From assembly GCF_006345805.1 (NCBI RefSeq), contig NW_021833919.1:1-54801 (forward strand): a stretch of 54,801 nt of DNA, in the 5' to 3' direction. Below, piece after piece: positions 23,587 through 35,960 of the stretch. Within the stretch, counting starts at the first letter, position 1, and each line of letters opens with the position of its first letter. Below the pieces are notes generated by a model. It was not told the origin of the DNA and did no database searches. It saw nothing but the letters and a program-made list of their open reading frames with translations. The translations under genes were made by a program, and so were the position numbers. This DNA comes from Octopus sinensis (lineage: Eukaryota).

Positions 23587-23967
23587 TATTCTTTTATTTG
23601 TTTCAGTCATTTGACTGCGGTCATGCTGGAGCACCGACTTTAGTCGAACAAATCGACCCCGGGATTTATCCATTGTAAGCCTAGCTCTTATTCAATCGGT
23701 TCTCTTTCGCGGAACCGCTAAGTTACGGGGACGTGAACACACCAACATCGGTTGTCAAGCGATGATGGGGAAACAAATAACGACACACAAATGCACACAC
23801 ACACACACACAAAGACACACACACACATATATATATGTATGTATACGACGGGCTTCTTTCAGTTTCCGTCTACCAAAAACCACTCACAAGGATTTGATCA
23901 CCCCGAGGCTATAGTAGAAGACACTTGTCCAAGGTGCCACGCAGAGGGACTGAACCCTGAATCATGT
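23587..23967 (-). mobile_element. SINE-B (head truncated)
   Basis: tttgtttcagtcatttgactgcgg...ccaaggtgccacgcagagggactgaacc. Confidence 0.88.
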
Positions 23968-23996
23968 AGTGCGTGTGTTCACACACACACACAGAT

Positions 23997-24087
<91 letters not shown>

Positions 24088-24929
24088 AACACAGAGGAAT
24101 CCCTGAGTTAGACCCAGCGACAAATATGTAAACAATGTGGATGACATCAGGTAAACTTAAGCAGTGGACGTTCTTCACCTAACTACTAGGAACATAGACA
24201 ATAGTTAAATAATTACTTGTATATATACATCAAATTTCAAAATATTTCTCCTTCGCAAGTGCCCAGATTCTTTCAAACAACGACAAAGACAGTATAAAGA
24301 AAGACAATTTATCAACAAATATAAACCACAATTAAATATAGCGCCAACCACAACCAATAAATCAGAATAGACACTTAAAAACAATTTTATACAATATTAT
24401 TATCGTTTTGGAAAATAATTCTCATCATTTCCTAAATCTTTTTTCCAATATTTATATATACTAGCGCACCCATACAAACGGACACACGTATACACAAAAA
24501 ACGAAAGTTCACAAGAACTCACAAACACAAACGCACATACACTTACACACACACAAACAAAAATATCACAAAAACACACGCACAACTCCGTACGTACACA
24601 GAAACACACACACAACTCTGTACATACACAGAAACACACACACACAGCTCTGTACATGCACACACAAACACACACAACTCTGTACATACACACACAAACA
24701 CACACGTACACACACATACATACCAAAGAAGACATTGCAAAAAGCACACTAACAAACATATCCACACATACACACACACACACACACATACACCCAGGTG
24801 AAGATACTCAAAAGAATACATCTAATCCAATGAAAAATCCTAATTCTTTCTTCAACAAGAGAAATTCTTCACAGGATACAGCTCTCCCTCTCTCTTTCTC
24901 TCTGTCTCTCTCGCCCTCTCTCTCTCTTT

Positions 24930-25372
24930 TTACTCTTTTACTTCTTTCAGTCATTTGACTGTGACCATGCTGGAGCACCGACTTTTAGTCGAGCAAATCG
25001 AACACAGGACTTATTCTTTGTAAGCCTAGCACTTATTTTAACGGTTTCTTTTGCCGAACCGCTAAGTTACGGGGACGTAAATACACCAGCATCGGTTGCC
25101 AACCGATGTTGGTGGGGGGGACAAACACAGACACACAAACATATGCACACACACACATATACACACACATACATATATATATATATGTATATATGTATAT
25201 ATATATATACATACGAGGGGCTTCTTTCAGTATCTGTCTACCAAATCCATTCACAAGGCTTTGGTCGGCCCGAGGCTATAGTAGAAAACACTTGCCCAAG
25301 GTGCCATGCAGTGGAACTGAACCCGGAACCATGTCGTTGGTAAGGAAGCCATTTACCACACAGCCACTCCAG
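24930..25372 (-). mobile_element. Full-length SINE-B
   Basis: Collinear with 17897-18301. Confidence 0.9.
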
Positions 25373-26185
25373 CTGGTCATTTTTCAAAACATATTGAAAG
25401 AACATTCGACACAATACACACACACACACACAAATACACATGCGCGCGCGCACACACACACACACACAAACATACGCACTCACTCACACACAGGTGGACA
25501 TAAAACCAATTAAATAAATACCTTGTAGTCACTCCCCTGTGAAGAACAAACAAAAATATATTTTCGACAATAGACACTCCTTCTCTCACTCTCTAAGTCT
25601 TTGAACTCTGTACTAAACTATATTGAAGAAGACTTCGACGAAAAGACTTCAGACATGTTCTTGACCCCCCACACAGAAGAATTACTGTTTTTACCTCAAA
25701 CTTTTATAAATATTTTCTGATATTTGTTTAAGATGAGATACATCAAAACAGATAATATTTTCTTTATATATTTTTTAAAGCTGTCTTTATTAAATTCCCT
25801 CATAAATTGAAATGTCTTAGATTTAATTCTACGCTATTTCCACCTCCATCTTTATATATATAAAGGGGCATGTGTAGGCGCATGGCTTAGTGATTATCAT
25901 GAGGTAGTGTTTGGATAACATCAGTCAGTCGCGTGGAGTGGAGAGGCTTGTATGTATCGGTGACTGCTGGTCTTCCATAAACAACCTTTCACAGACTTGT
26001 ACCTCGGAGGAGCAATCCCATGGTCATTCATGACCGAAGTGGCATCCCAACATGTAAACAGAGTTAGCGGTTATAGAAGCCGACTAAGGGATAAAATATC
26101 TGTATATAATACCTGTATCCGTTACCTGTAATATTCCAAGGCGATAACAACAGGATAAACAAGAGTTTATCAGGAGCCGATGCAA

Positions 26186-26351
26186 ATAATTAGAAAATGG
26201 AGAAAAGCATAGATTAACCCACACATCGATTGGACCACATTAATAGCTTATTTATTAATAAAAACATGACATGCTTTGTGTTAATAAATAAGCTATAAAT
26301 GTGCTCCAATCGATGTGTGGGTTAATCAATATTTTTCTCCATTTTCTAAGT

Positions 26352-26352
<1 letters not shown>
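26186..26352. repeat. Fold-back with ~69-bp imperfect arms
   Basis: ttagaaaatggagaaaa..gattaacccacacatcgattgga..acatt.atagcttatttattaa (26190-26258) and its rc (26281-26349), 22-nt spacer. Confidence 0.9.
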
Positions 26353-26422
<70 letters not shown>

Positions 26423-26472
26423 TGATATAGATAGAGATAGATTGATAGATGCACACACATACACACACACAC

Positions 26473-26507
<35 letters not shown>

Positions 26508-27065
26508 CTTTAGTTAACAGAATGCTAGTGATTTAAAGTTGATTAGCTTTGAATATCAATGGATTAGCTGCGTATGTGGAAACTGAATACTAAGAATATT
26601 TGTCAAATTTATCTTCATCTGAGCCCTTCTCTTCAGATCGAGCAATTCGTGTTTGGATGCTCCATGTATTGGCTAACGATGCATTTGACTACGGAGACAC
26701 GAACAGAGAGATATGAAAATCCGCGCAAACATGCGAACGCAATGATGTCATATAAGCTTAACATGACAGGTGGTTGAGAGGTGTCAATTAATGCCTATGA
26801 ACGACAAAGCATGTAATATTCTATGAACATGCCTCCAAACTGTATTCTCGACAGCCGATCAACGTGAACTTGAAGGGGGGGGGGTACTAAAATAATATAT
26901 ACCAATATTAACCAATCAATATGTATTGCGGTTTTATATATCGACGTGATTTTCAAAGGACAAGGGACACAAAAATAAAGAGAATAATAAAGCTGAGGTG
27001 CAGAAAATATTTATTTTATAGTGCGTGTATTTATTTGGCCAAATAATAATAATAATAATAATTGA

Positions 27066-27391
27066 GGGGTTCCTTCGTTTTAGCTCGACAAAATCGTAAC
27101 AAGACATCGGTTGTTTCCGTGACAACTTGACAAGTTATCCGAAATTCACTTCGGATATCTTCGTGACCTCTGAAAATTTGCGGATTTTACATACACAGAA
27201 GAAGCAGGTAAGAACTAATATGCAAGGCTTTTTGCTGGCATAATTTCGTTATATCTATATTCCACAACACATAAAAACAGAACACGCACACTGTCACGGA
27301 GGTCACGAAGATATCCGAAGTAAATTGTCGAGTTGACACGCAAAAAACCGAGGTCATGTTTTGGTTGTATCGAGTAAAACGAAGGAACGCC
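27066..27391. mobile_element. MITE-like element with ~100-bp imperfect TIRs
   Basis: Outer GG(G/C)GTTCCTTCGTTTTA; inner perfect 22-bp CTTCGGATATCTTCGTGACCTC (27149-27170 / 27299-27320); TSD not clear. Confidence 0.75.
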
Positions 27392-27530
27392 AAAAATGAT
27401 TCTCCCGTAATATAACAAATTTATATATATATATTTCTAGAAATTCATTATGTGACCTTTCAATTTTACGTTCCGACAATTTAAAATAACCCTGATATTT
27501 CACATGGTAAATTCTAAATAATGGCATATT

Positions 27531-27915
27531 GGAAGCACTCCGTCGGTTACGACGACGAGGGTTCCGGTTGATCCGAATCAACGGAACAGCCTGCTCGTGA
27601 AATTAACGTGTAAGTGGCTGAGCACTCCACAGACACGTGTACCCTTAACGTAGTTCTCGGGGATATTCAGCGTGACACAGAGAGTGACAAGGCCGGCCCT
27701 TTGAAATAGAGGTACAATAGAAATAGGAAGTAAGAGTGAGAGAAAGTTGTGGTGAAAGAGTACAGCAGGGATCACCACCATCCCCTGCCGGAGCCTCGTG
27801 GAGCTTTTAGGTGTTTTCGCTCAATAAACACTCACAACGCCCGGTCTGGGAATCGAAACCGCGATCCTATGACCGCGAGTCAGCTGCCCTAACCACTGGG
27901 CCATTGCGCCTCCAC
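27531..27915 (-). mobile_element. Full-length SINE-C (tRNA-derived)
   Basis: Head gtggaggcgcaatggcccagtggttagggcag (A box), gtttcgattccc (B box); tail ..cctcgtcgtcgtaaccgacggagtgcttcc; TSD AATAATGGCATA at 27517-27528 and 27920-27931. Confidence 0.93.
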
Positions 27916-28142
27916 GAATAATAATGGCATAATTGCAGCTTCCAAATAAATCTTATTGTCATCTAATGAGTAATAAGGCATGTTATTTGTAATTTTGCAT
28001 CTCAGCGAATGAAAACTGCTGCTAAATGCAATGCAATCCTAAAGTGGAGTAAAAAAAAAATCTCTCGTTTGATATGATAGGAGACACAGTAAACACCTCA
28101 GAATGAATTTTCTTTGTAAAGCAAATCACAGTTTAGTTTCCT

Positions 28143-28172
28143 TGTTAAGTAATACAGCTGTATTACTTAACA
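28143..28172. repeat. 30-bp perfect palindrome (extends imperfectly 28131-28183)
   Basis: TGTTAAGTAATACAG|CTGTATTACTTAACA. Confidence 0.9.
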
Positions 28173-28631
28173 TGAGACTAAACTTGTAGAATTGCATTGA
28201 CATCCGATGGCTGAAATTTAGACAGCAGAGTCGTATGCGTGAGAGTAAAATGTCATTTCAAGTGGATGCTGTTAAACGTAAAATTTCTCAGGCACGCAAA
28301 CATGCAAGTTGTGATCTAGCTGTGAGAATATGCGCTTTCTGTCATTCAGGAAATAATAAGCAAGATATTTCACTAGATCCAGAGACTTCATGCAAAACGG
28401 AAGGAATGATACTATATACCCTGTCCTGACAATCGCAGAGAATTTACATTGAGTAATTTTAAGACAGTTAACTTTGACGTTTTTGCTCTGACTCTTATCA
28501 ATGTAAATTAGAGCTTCTCAGTGCACCGATATTGTGTTGGCTTGCATTTAGTGGTAGTTTTCAATCGCTAAGATGCAAAATTATAAACAAGTCTTATTTC
28601 TCTTTATTTGACAATAAGATTTATTTGGTAA

Positions 28632-28831
28632 GGGCGGCAAGCTGGCAGAAACGTTAGCACGCCGGGCGAAATGCTGTCTTTCCGTTCTGAGTTCAAATAC
28701 AGCCGAGGTCGACTCTGCCTTTCCTATTTACGTGGTCGATAAATTAAGTACCAGTTGCGTACTGGGGTCGATCTAATTGACTGGCTCCCCCTCCAAAAAA
28801 AATTTCGGGACTTGTCCTCAGGATAGAAAAG
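28632..28831 (+). mobile_element. SINE-A, alternative tail
   Basis: ggcggcaagctggcagaaacgttagc...; TSD AATAAGATTT(A/C)TTTGG at 28613-28628 and 28832-28847. Confidence 0.88.
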
Positions 28832-29765
28832 AATAAGATTTCTTTGGAAGCTGCAACTATTTCGTTATTCGGAATTAATCATGCGATATGTCAGGGTTAT
28901 TTTAAATTCCATATGATTCACCGACATTCCCTCATAGGTGGATACATGTCACATCTTTTGCAGATATCTCAATGGATATCTCGGTTTATTTCGACAACTT
29001 CAAGTGGGTACCCACGGGAGATTCGAGTGTGTGAGCGCTTGCATATGTGCATGTGTGTGTTTGTGGGCGCTTTCTTTCCCTTCGTATCTAGGGTGTCGTT
29101 TACGCTTCTGTCTTCTACTCAAGAGTAATACCTCTTTGCGTTACAGGAAAAACTGCTTCAATAATCCATATATGGTAGGAAGGACCTCCCCAGAGAGACA
29201 AACGTAGCTTGATATGCTACTCAGGACGTCTAAACTTGGAAAAGACACTGAACATTGGAATTTTGGTGTTCGTAACTCCTTGCCAAAGGAGATTTTTGTG
29301 GGAACAACCATGTAAATATAATCCACGGTAGATCTAGTATTCAGCAATGCTTCATTATAAGTAAAAGATAAAGACGACCATATTTTATTCCTATCATAAC
29401 ATAATATTATCAACGGCCTCTAAATTTCCAATTATAGCGTCAACGAGATTAGATTAGAAGTTTTATGAATATATACAGTGACCTACTTTGTCTTACAATA
29501 ATTTAGATATTAGCCAGATCTGATGTCTAAAGAAATATCCAAGAGTTTAAATGTTGCCAGATGATTTAGACACTGATAATTGGGTTTATGGTAAATGCTT
29601 TGAAGGCTACAATTAAGTGCTTCATAACCCAATCGTCAGCAAGGCAAAAGTCTTCGTACAAGATGCTTCATATATATGTATATGTGTGTCGTTACATATG
29701 TGTGTGTTTCTGTCTGTGTCTGTGCGTGTGTGCGCGCACGTACACACACACACATATATATGGAT

Positions 29766-30150
29766 GGAAGCACTCCGTCAGTTACGACGATGAGGGTTCC
29801 GGTTGATCCGAATCAACGGAACAGCCTGCTCGTGAAATTAACGTGTAAGTGGCTGAGCACTCCACAGACACGTGCACCCTTAACGTAGTTCTCGGGGATA
29901 TTCAGCGTGACACAGAGAGTGACAAGGCCGGCCCCTTGAAATACAGGTACAACAGAAACAGGAAGTAAGAGTGAGAGAAAGTTGTGGTGAAAGAGTACAG
30001 CAGTGATCACCAGCATCCCCTGCCGGCAACTCGTGGAGCTTTTAGGTGTTTTCGCTCAATAAACACTCACAACGCCCGGTCTGGGAATCGAAACCGCGAT
30101 CCTATGATCGCGAGTCCGCTGCCCTAACCTCTGGGCCATTGCGCCTCCAC
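29766..30150 (-). mobile_element. Full-length SINE-C
   Basis: Collinear with 27531-27915. Confidence 0.92.
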
Positions 30151-31114
30151 ACATATATATATATACATATTTGACATCGACAAAGAAGCATGGTTTCAAT
30201 TTCTAATCGCTACTCTCAGGGGTATATCTGTTGTATACAAATTTCGTGCATATATGTTTTTCAGCCTCACACCTCAATGTTGGCGTTGAGTGTATTCGTG
30301 ACTCTTCTATTGGAAAATTCACACCTACCGTACTATATTTCTCATGCGTTTGGCAACTAAAGTTATAATAGCCCTGATTAATCTCAAATATTTTTTTCCA
30401 TATCTGTTTGTGCCGTCAGTTTTAATTATTGGTTTTGACATCCACTGCTTTGTTTATAATTATTTCCGACATTGTTTTCGTTGCTAGACGAAGAGCAGGA
30501 TTTGAATTAATGTTTTCTCTGTTTCGTCTACATGTGTTTTGCTTGTTTTGATTTGTCTGCCGAGATTGTAATTTCCTCTTACATTCTGCGAGGAATATTC
30601 ATAAAGGAGGCGACGGTGGAGTTTGTAAGATGTCTTTTTCCCTTGTGTGGTGCCAGCGGAGGTGGAAAATGATGGTGTGTAGTCCGGGCAATATTAATGT
30701 TTGTTCATGTTTTCCTTGTTCTCGTGTTTGTTATTGTTTTCGCCAATGTTATTATGTTCTTTTCATTTAGTTGATATTGCTGTTGTTGTTGCTAGTATTT
30801 TGCTGTTGTTTCGGTCGTCATCGCCTTTGGCGGTGGTGTTGGTGATGGTTCGCGACAGCGGTAGGAAAGCTTTATTAAAATTTTAGCTTTCTTTTACTTC
30901 GGCGTTTCACGAGAAATTCGACTCCAAGTTTGTTTTTATTTTGCCAATAGGGCAGATTTTGAAAATTTTCAATTTCAGGCCTCGAATAACTGTAATTAAA
31001 TGAACTAATTTACAAAGTTTGCAAGTTAGCGAATAAAAATATTCAGTGCAAGAAAAATATAAATAAATAACAACAGAAGATGAGACCATGTCTCTTTTCC
31101 ATACAATGCCAGAA

Positions 31115-31485
31115 GTGGAGGTGCAATGGCCCAGTGGTTAGGGCAGCGGACTCGCGGTCATAGGATCGCGGTTTCGATTCCCAGACCGGGCGTTGTGAGT
31201 GTTTATTGAGCGAAAACACCTAAAGCTCCACGATGCTCCGGCAGGGATGGTGGTGACCCCTGCTGTACTCTTTCTCTCACTCTTACTTCCTGTTTCTGTT
31301 GTACCTATATTTCAAGGAGCCGGCCTTGTCACTGTCTGTGTCACGATGAATATCCCCGAGAACTACGTTAAGGGTACACGTGTCTGTGGAGTGCTCAGCC
31401 ACGTACACGTTAATTTCACGAGCAGACTGTTCCGTTGATTCGGATCAACCGGAATCCTCATCGTCGTAACCGACGGAGTGCTTCT
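31115..31485 (+). mobile_element. Full-length SINE-C
   Basis: TSD ACAATGCCAGAA at 31103-31114 and 31488-31499. Confidence 0.92.
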
Positions 31486-31942
31486 TAACAATGCCAGAAA
31501 GTGGATCTCATGGATTAACTAACTGGAAGTGTTAATCTGTACATGTTGGTGAAAATGTTGGGCTACAGCAAATAATCTGCTCAACAACGCAGATTTGTTT
31601 GTCAATTGTTTGACCTTAACCAATTGATCATGTCCCTTGCTAACTGACAATATGAAGAGTCTCTGATGAGGAGCAGGAGCAGTTTTGGTGCACCATAGCC
31701 ATGTGTTGAGAGGGATTCGTTGCGGTTTGAATAATTCATACAGGTTATGGTTATTAAAGGACATTTTAAGCGAGATGGCCGACTCGACCTGAACGAAATT
31801 TTAACTGCATCCCACTTGCAAGGTCATGTGGTGATCATCTTAATAGCAGATCGTCATATCACGCACATATGGTTGTGATGCACGTGGCAAGTGTACTTTT
31901 GTCAGACTGGTTGTCATAAAGATGGGTATACTTTCACTCACT

Positions 31943-31943
<1 letters not shown>

Positions 31944-31979
<36 letters not shown>

Positions 31980-31989
31980 TCTACTACCT

Positions 31990-32025
<36 letters not shown>

Positions 32026-32077
32026 ATAATAATAATAATAATAATAATACTTCTAATAATAATAATAATAGTAATAA
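31944..32077. repeat. (CTA)n(TAA)n microsatellite
   Basis: Direct reading. Confidence 0.95.
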
Positions 32078-32079
32078 TG

Positions 32080-32440
32080 TAGCGTTTCTTTGGGACTTTC
32101 CAGCACATACATACAAATCCAACAACCCTAATAAACCGGATATTGTTGTGAAAGACTAAAAACAGTAAAACCTATTCATTGAGCGATTGCACATTCCATA
32201 CGATCATATTTTAGGAAAAGAGTTTGACAAACTCAGAAAATATACAGATTTACAAATTGAAATCGAAAAAATTTGGTATCTCATAGTGATTACAATACAG
32301 TAATTGTAAGAACACTTGGAATGATAGAAAACGGAACTAAAACCTATTTGAAAATGATCCCTACCATACTATCCATGCAAGAAATGCTAAATATATTTTT
32401 AGCTGGTGAATCACACGTTATTCACAAAAGCATTGTCTGT
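32080..32440 (+). mobile_element. 5'-truncated R4/Dong-like (restriction-like endonuclease) LINE relic
   Basis: Broken frames read LWDFP...NKPDIVVKD...KEFDKLRKYTDLQIEIEKIW...VIVRTLGMI, the PD..D/E RLE domain pattern; starts immediately after (TAA)n. Confidence 0.75.
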
Positions 32441-33667
32441 GAATTTTTGTCTTCTTTTATTTTTGTTTTTTCTTTCCTTTTACTTTATTTCTAATTTCTT
32501 TTTCCCTCTTTTCTTTTCCTTTTCCCTTCTTTTCATATTTCTACAAATGCCACTGAGATGTTATTGTTGTTTCAGAGGATATAGGAATTTATGGGAAATA
32601 ATTTATCCGAAAGGGTGGAGAGAGGTGCTTCGGAAAATTCACATAATCTCACGTTTATACCTCATGACTTTCAGGAAAATGAGTATCTTTTAATGAAAAT
32701 TTGCATAATTGCCTTTCAAACGGCGTAGATTAAGATTATAAAGAAATTTATGGGGAACATTTTTTTCGGGGATTTTCCCCATTTTTTTTTTAAAACCAAA
32801 GACTTCGATTTGTTGCCCAATTATTTTGCACTTCAAAATATTTTGGCCAATTATTTTTGCACTTCAAAGGCATGGTAAGAGCATTTTCGGTAAAAAAAAT
32901 TTCAAAATTGTTAATATCGTCGGAGGTTTCTAGCACATCCAAAGACAAACCTCCTCGTTTCTTTATCACTCTCGCATCTATTGATGTTCTTCATTATTTT
33001 CCTCCCATTATTACATTTATATGCCATAAAAAAGAAAATTTGAGGAATAATGAATTTTTGCACCCAACGCCCTGCGTCTGATTGTTTCTGTTTAGAAATT
33101 AAAATATTGGAGAACGTGAGAAGGTCATTACTGGCATTTATCCGCAGTGATTAAAAAAAAGACAGTTATATAAACGATTAGTCATTTCAATAGCATACTT
33201 TTCAGTTAGGAAATGTTTTTTCTTATACATACCTTGTTTCGCTTGATTAAGGAGGGGGTAATTTATTTTGTTGCTTATATTCCACTAATGGACCACGTGT
33301 GTATTACTTCGGCATCATCATTCCATCAAATGTGTTTAATGGAAGAAAAATACAAAAAAATCAATGGCTGAGGAGGGAAAAGGAAAGGTAGTTTTGGTTG
33401 TGCTAGAAACAACTACGAACCCTCCCTTGAATTGTTCCCCTTTACTTCTGAAAATATTTACGATTTGCTTTTGTTTTTGTTTTTTACTGAAAAGGCTTCA
33501 CCCATAGCTTTTAAGTTAATAAAGAAAATGGCCAAAATCGGTCCGGATAGTTATTATTGTAAGGCTTATAGTGTTCCAAACAGCCAAAACAACAAAATCA
33601 CTTTTAAATTTATTTACAAAAATTATACAGGTATTTCAAACAATTCTTATTCAATAAATAATGTTTA

Positions 33668-34085
33668 GGCGCAGGAGTGGCTGTGTAGTAAGTAGCTTGT
33701 TTACCAACCACATGGTTCCGGGTTCAGTCCCACTGCATGGCATCTGGGGCAAGTGTCTTCTACTATAGCCTCGGGCCGACCAGCGCCTTGTGAGTGGATT
33801 TGGTAGACGGAAACTGAAAGAAGCCCGTCGTATATATGTATATATATATATGAGTGTGTGTGTGTCTGTGTTTGTCGCCCTAGCATTGCTTGACAACCGA
33901 TGCTGGTGTGTTTATGTCCCCGTTACTTAGCGGTTCGGCAAAAGAGACCGGTAGAATAAGTACTGGGCTTGCAAAAGAATAGGTCCCGGGATCGAGTTGC
34001 TCGATAAAAGGCGGTGCTCCAGCATGGCCGCAGTCAAATGACTGAAACAAGTAAAAGAGTAAAGAGAGTAAAAGATTAAAAGAGT
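33668..34085 (+). mobile_element. Full-length SINE-B
   Basis: ggcgcaggagtggctgtgtagtaag...aagtaaaagagtaaagagagtaaaag. Confidence 0.92.
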
Positions 34086-34814
34086 ATATATTACGTATAC
34101 ATTAATACAACAAACTTCGGTTTTCCAAATAGCGAATTAAAAACTTCAAATGAAAACATTGAAAGAGAAAGTGAGACAATTTAGAAATGAAAATGGAAGA
34201 CACCGCAGTGGATGCAATGAATATTTTAAATTTGCAAGAATTTGGAGTTAAAAATTCAATATACTTGAGAATGCGAAATTAAAGGAAATTTCTTAGGAAA
34301 TGAAGGAAATATTTTCAGTAGTTCAACCCTTTAATAATTGCTTTCTTTTATTACTTTTAGTAACTGTTACATATCTCATTAATAAGTAGTTCTCTCCATT
34401 ATAGTATAGAAGATGCTATGTGTGAGTTTTGTGGTTATAGTACATATTGTATCTGTTGTATTAATGTGGTTAATTTAATTTGTGCATTTCGACAATTTGG
34501 TTTTCAAAGTATTTAATATCGATTGGTGTTAATATAGTTCTTTACATTTTACTTTTTAATAGATTTTTGTACATACACAAAAAAGTCAGTAACATTACAA
34601 GTGTTTATAATTTAGAAATGACAAAGTAGAAGATTAAACTAACATGTCTGGCTTTTACCTCTGTTTCCGTTAATCGCTGTCCTACAATTTATCTCCATAA
34701 TGCTATAATGTAATTGGCATCTGATACTGTATTCTACGTCTAAACATCTGTAGGCGCTACGTTATTCATTGGAATTATTTGTTTCCAGCAAAAAAATTCT
34801 ACAAATATATACCC

Positions 34815-35960
34815 ATTAGTATATGAGAATCGTACAATAACTGTAAGCCAGTGTCAACGATGGTTCTAAGAATTCCGGGCCAGAAACTACAGCCTAGAAG
34901 ACGAGCCTCGTCCTGGAAGGTCTGTAGAGCTCAAAGAGGTCGTCCTGTAAAATCTCATTGTAATTGTGGCGGAACTAGCAGAAAAACATGGATTTGGTGA
35001 TTCACCCATTGATCCGTTTCTTTATTACCCACAAGGGGCTACACACAGAGGAGACAAACAAGGACAGACAAACGGATTAAGTCGATTACATCGACCCCAG
35101 TGCGTAACTGGTACTTTATCGACCCCGAAAGGATGAAAGGCAAAGTCGACCTCGGCGGAATTTGAACTCAGAACGTAATGGCAGACGAAATACAGCTACG
35201 CATTTCGCCCGGCGTGCTAACGGTTCTGCCAGCTCGCCGCCTTGATTCAACCATTGATCGACTCCTGCGTGCCATTGGAAAAGTCAGCAAATTGGGTGAA
35301 GTGTTCCTCACAAACTTCCCATGTCTAATTGTACGCAGAGAGTCAATGTGTGCTCTTCTTTGCTGTCACGTCTCATGAATGAAGCTTTTTGGGATCGAAT
35401 TGTGACTGGGGACAAGAAATAGGTTCTCTATAAAAATGTCAAGCCCCGAAGACAGTGGGTACAGAAAGGATAAACACTGGCACACCAAGCTAAAGGTGGT
35501 CTTCTCCCACGTAAGGTGTTGTTAACTGTTTGGTGTGATATGAAATTCTTAGACCACTCTGAAATTTGAAACCCAAACGAGATGATAACAAAGGAGATCT
35601 ACTGCTAATACCTTAAGTGGCTTAAGCCAATACGAGCAGAAAAAAGACCATCTTTTGTTTCACTCCGAAAGGTGCTCTTCCGTCAGTATAATGCTCGGCC
35701 ACATACAGCCTGGATGACATTTAATAGGCTGGAGCAGATTAAATGGGAAACGACGCCCCCTCCACCATATTCGCCGGACATTGCCCCTTCTGATTATCAT
35801 TTCTACTGCAGTCATCAACATTATTTGGACGAAAAAATATGAATGTCCTAGACGAGGTCAGAGCAATAATGGAGGAGTAGTTTTCGTCACGGACAAGTGA
35901 ATTTTAGTAGAGGGGCCTCGCAAGTCTATTAGCTAAATGGAAGATCATTGTAGGAAATGA
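34815..35960 (+). mobile_element. Decayed mariner transposase gene interrupted by SINE-A
   Basis: Motifs CQRWF*EFR..SLEDEPRPGR, IGKVSKLG..VPHKL, FWDRIVTGD, PRKVLLTVW, YNARPH, PPYSPDIAPSDYH, with stops and frameshifts. Confidence 0.88.
35017..35241 (-). mobile_element. SINE-A monomer nested in mariner
   Basis: TSD TGATTCA(C/A)CCATTGATC at 34998-35014 and 35243-35259. Confidence 0.93.

Noticed and set aside
26637-26777. Strong acceptor CCCTTCTCTTCAG with downstream open frame
   Set aside because: Donor weak and peptide unrecognised.
27531-27915. tRNA gene calls for SINE heads
   Set aside because: A/B boxes are present, but there is no complete cloverleaf or acceptor stem, and they continue into SINE bodies with TSDs.
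31665-31690. CTGATGA motifs (also ~46046 and rc ~50132)
   Set aside because: No helix II followed by GAAA at the required spacing.
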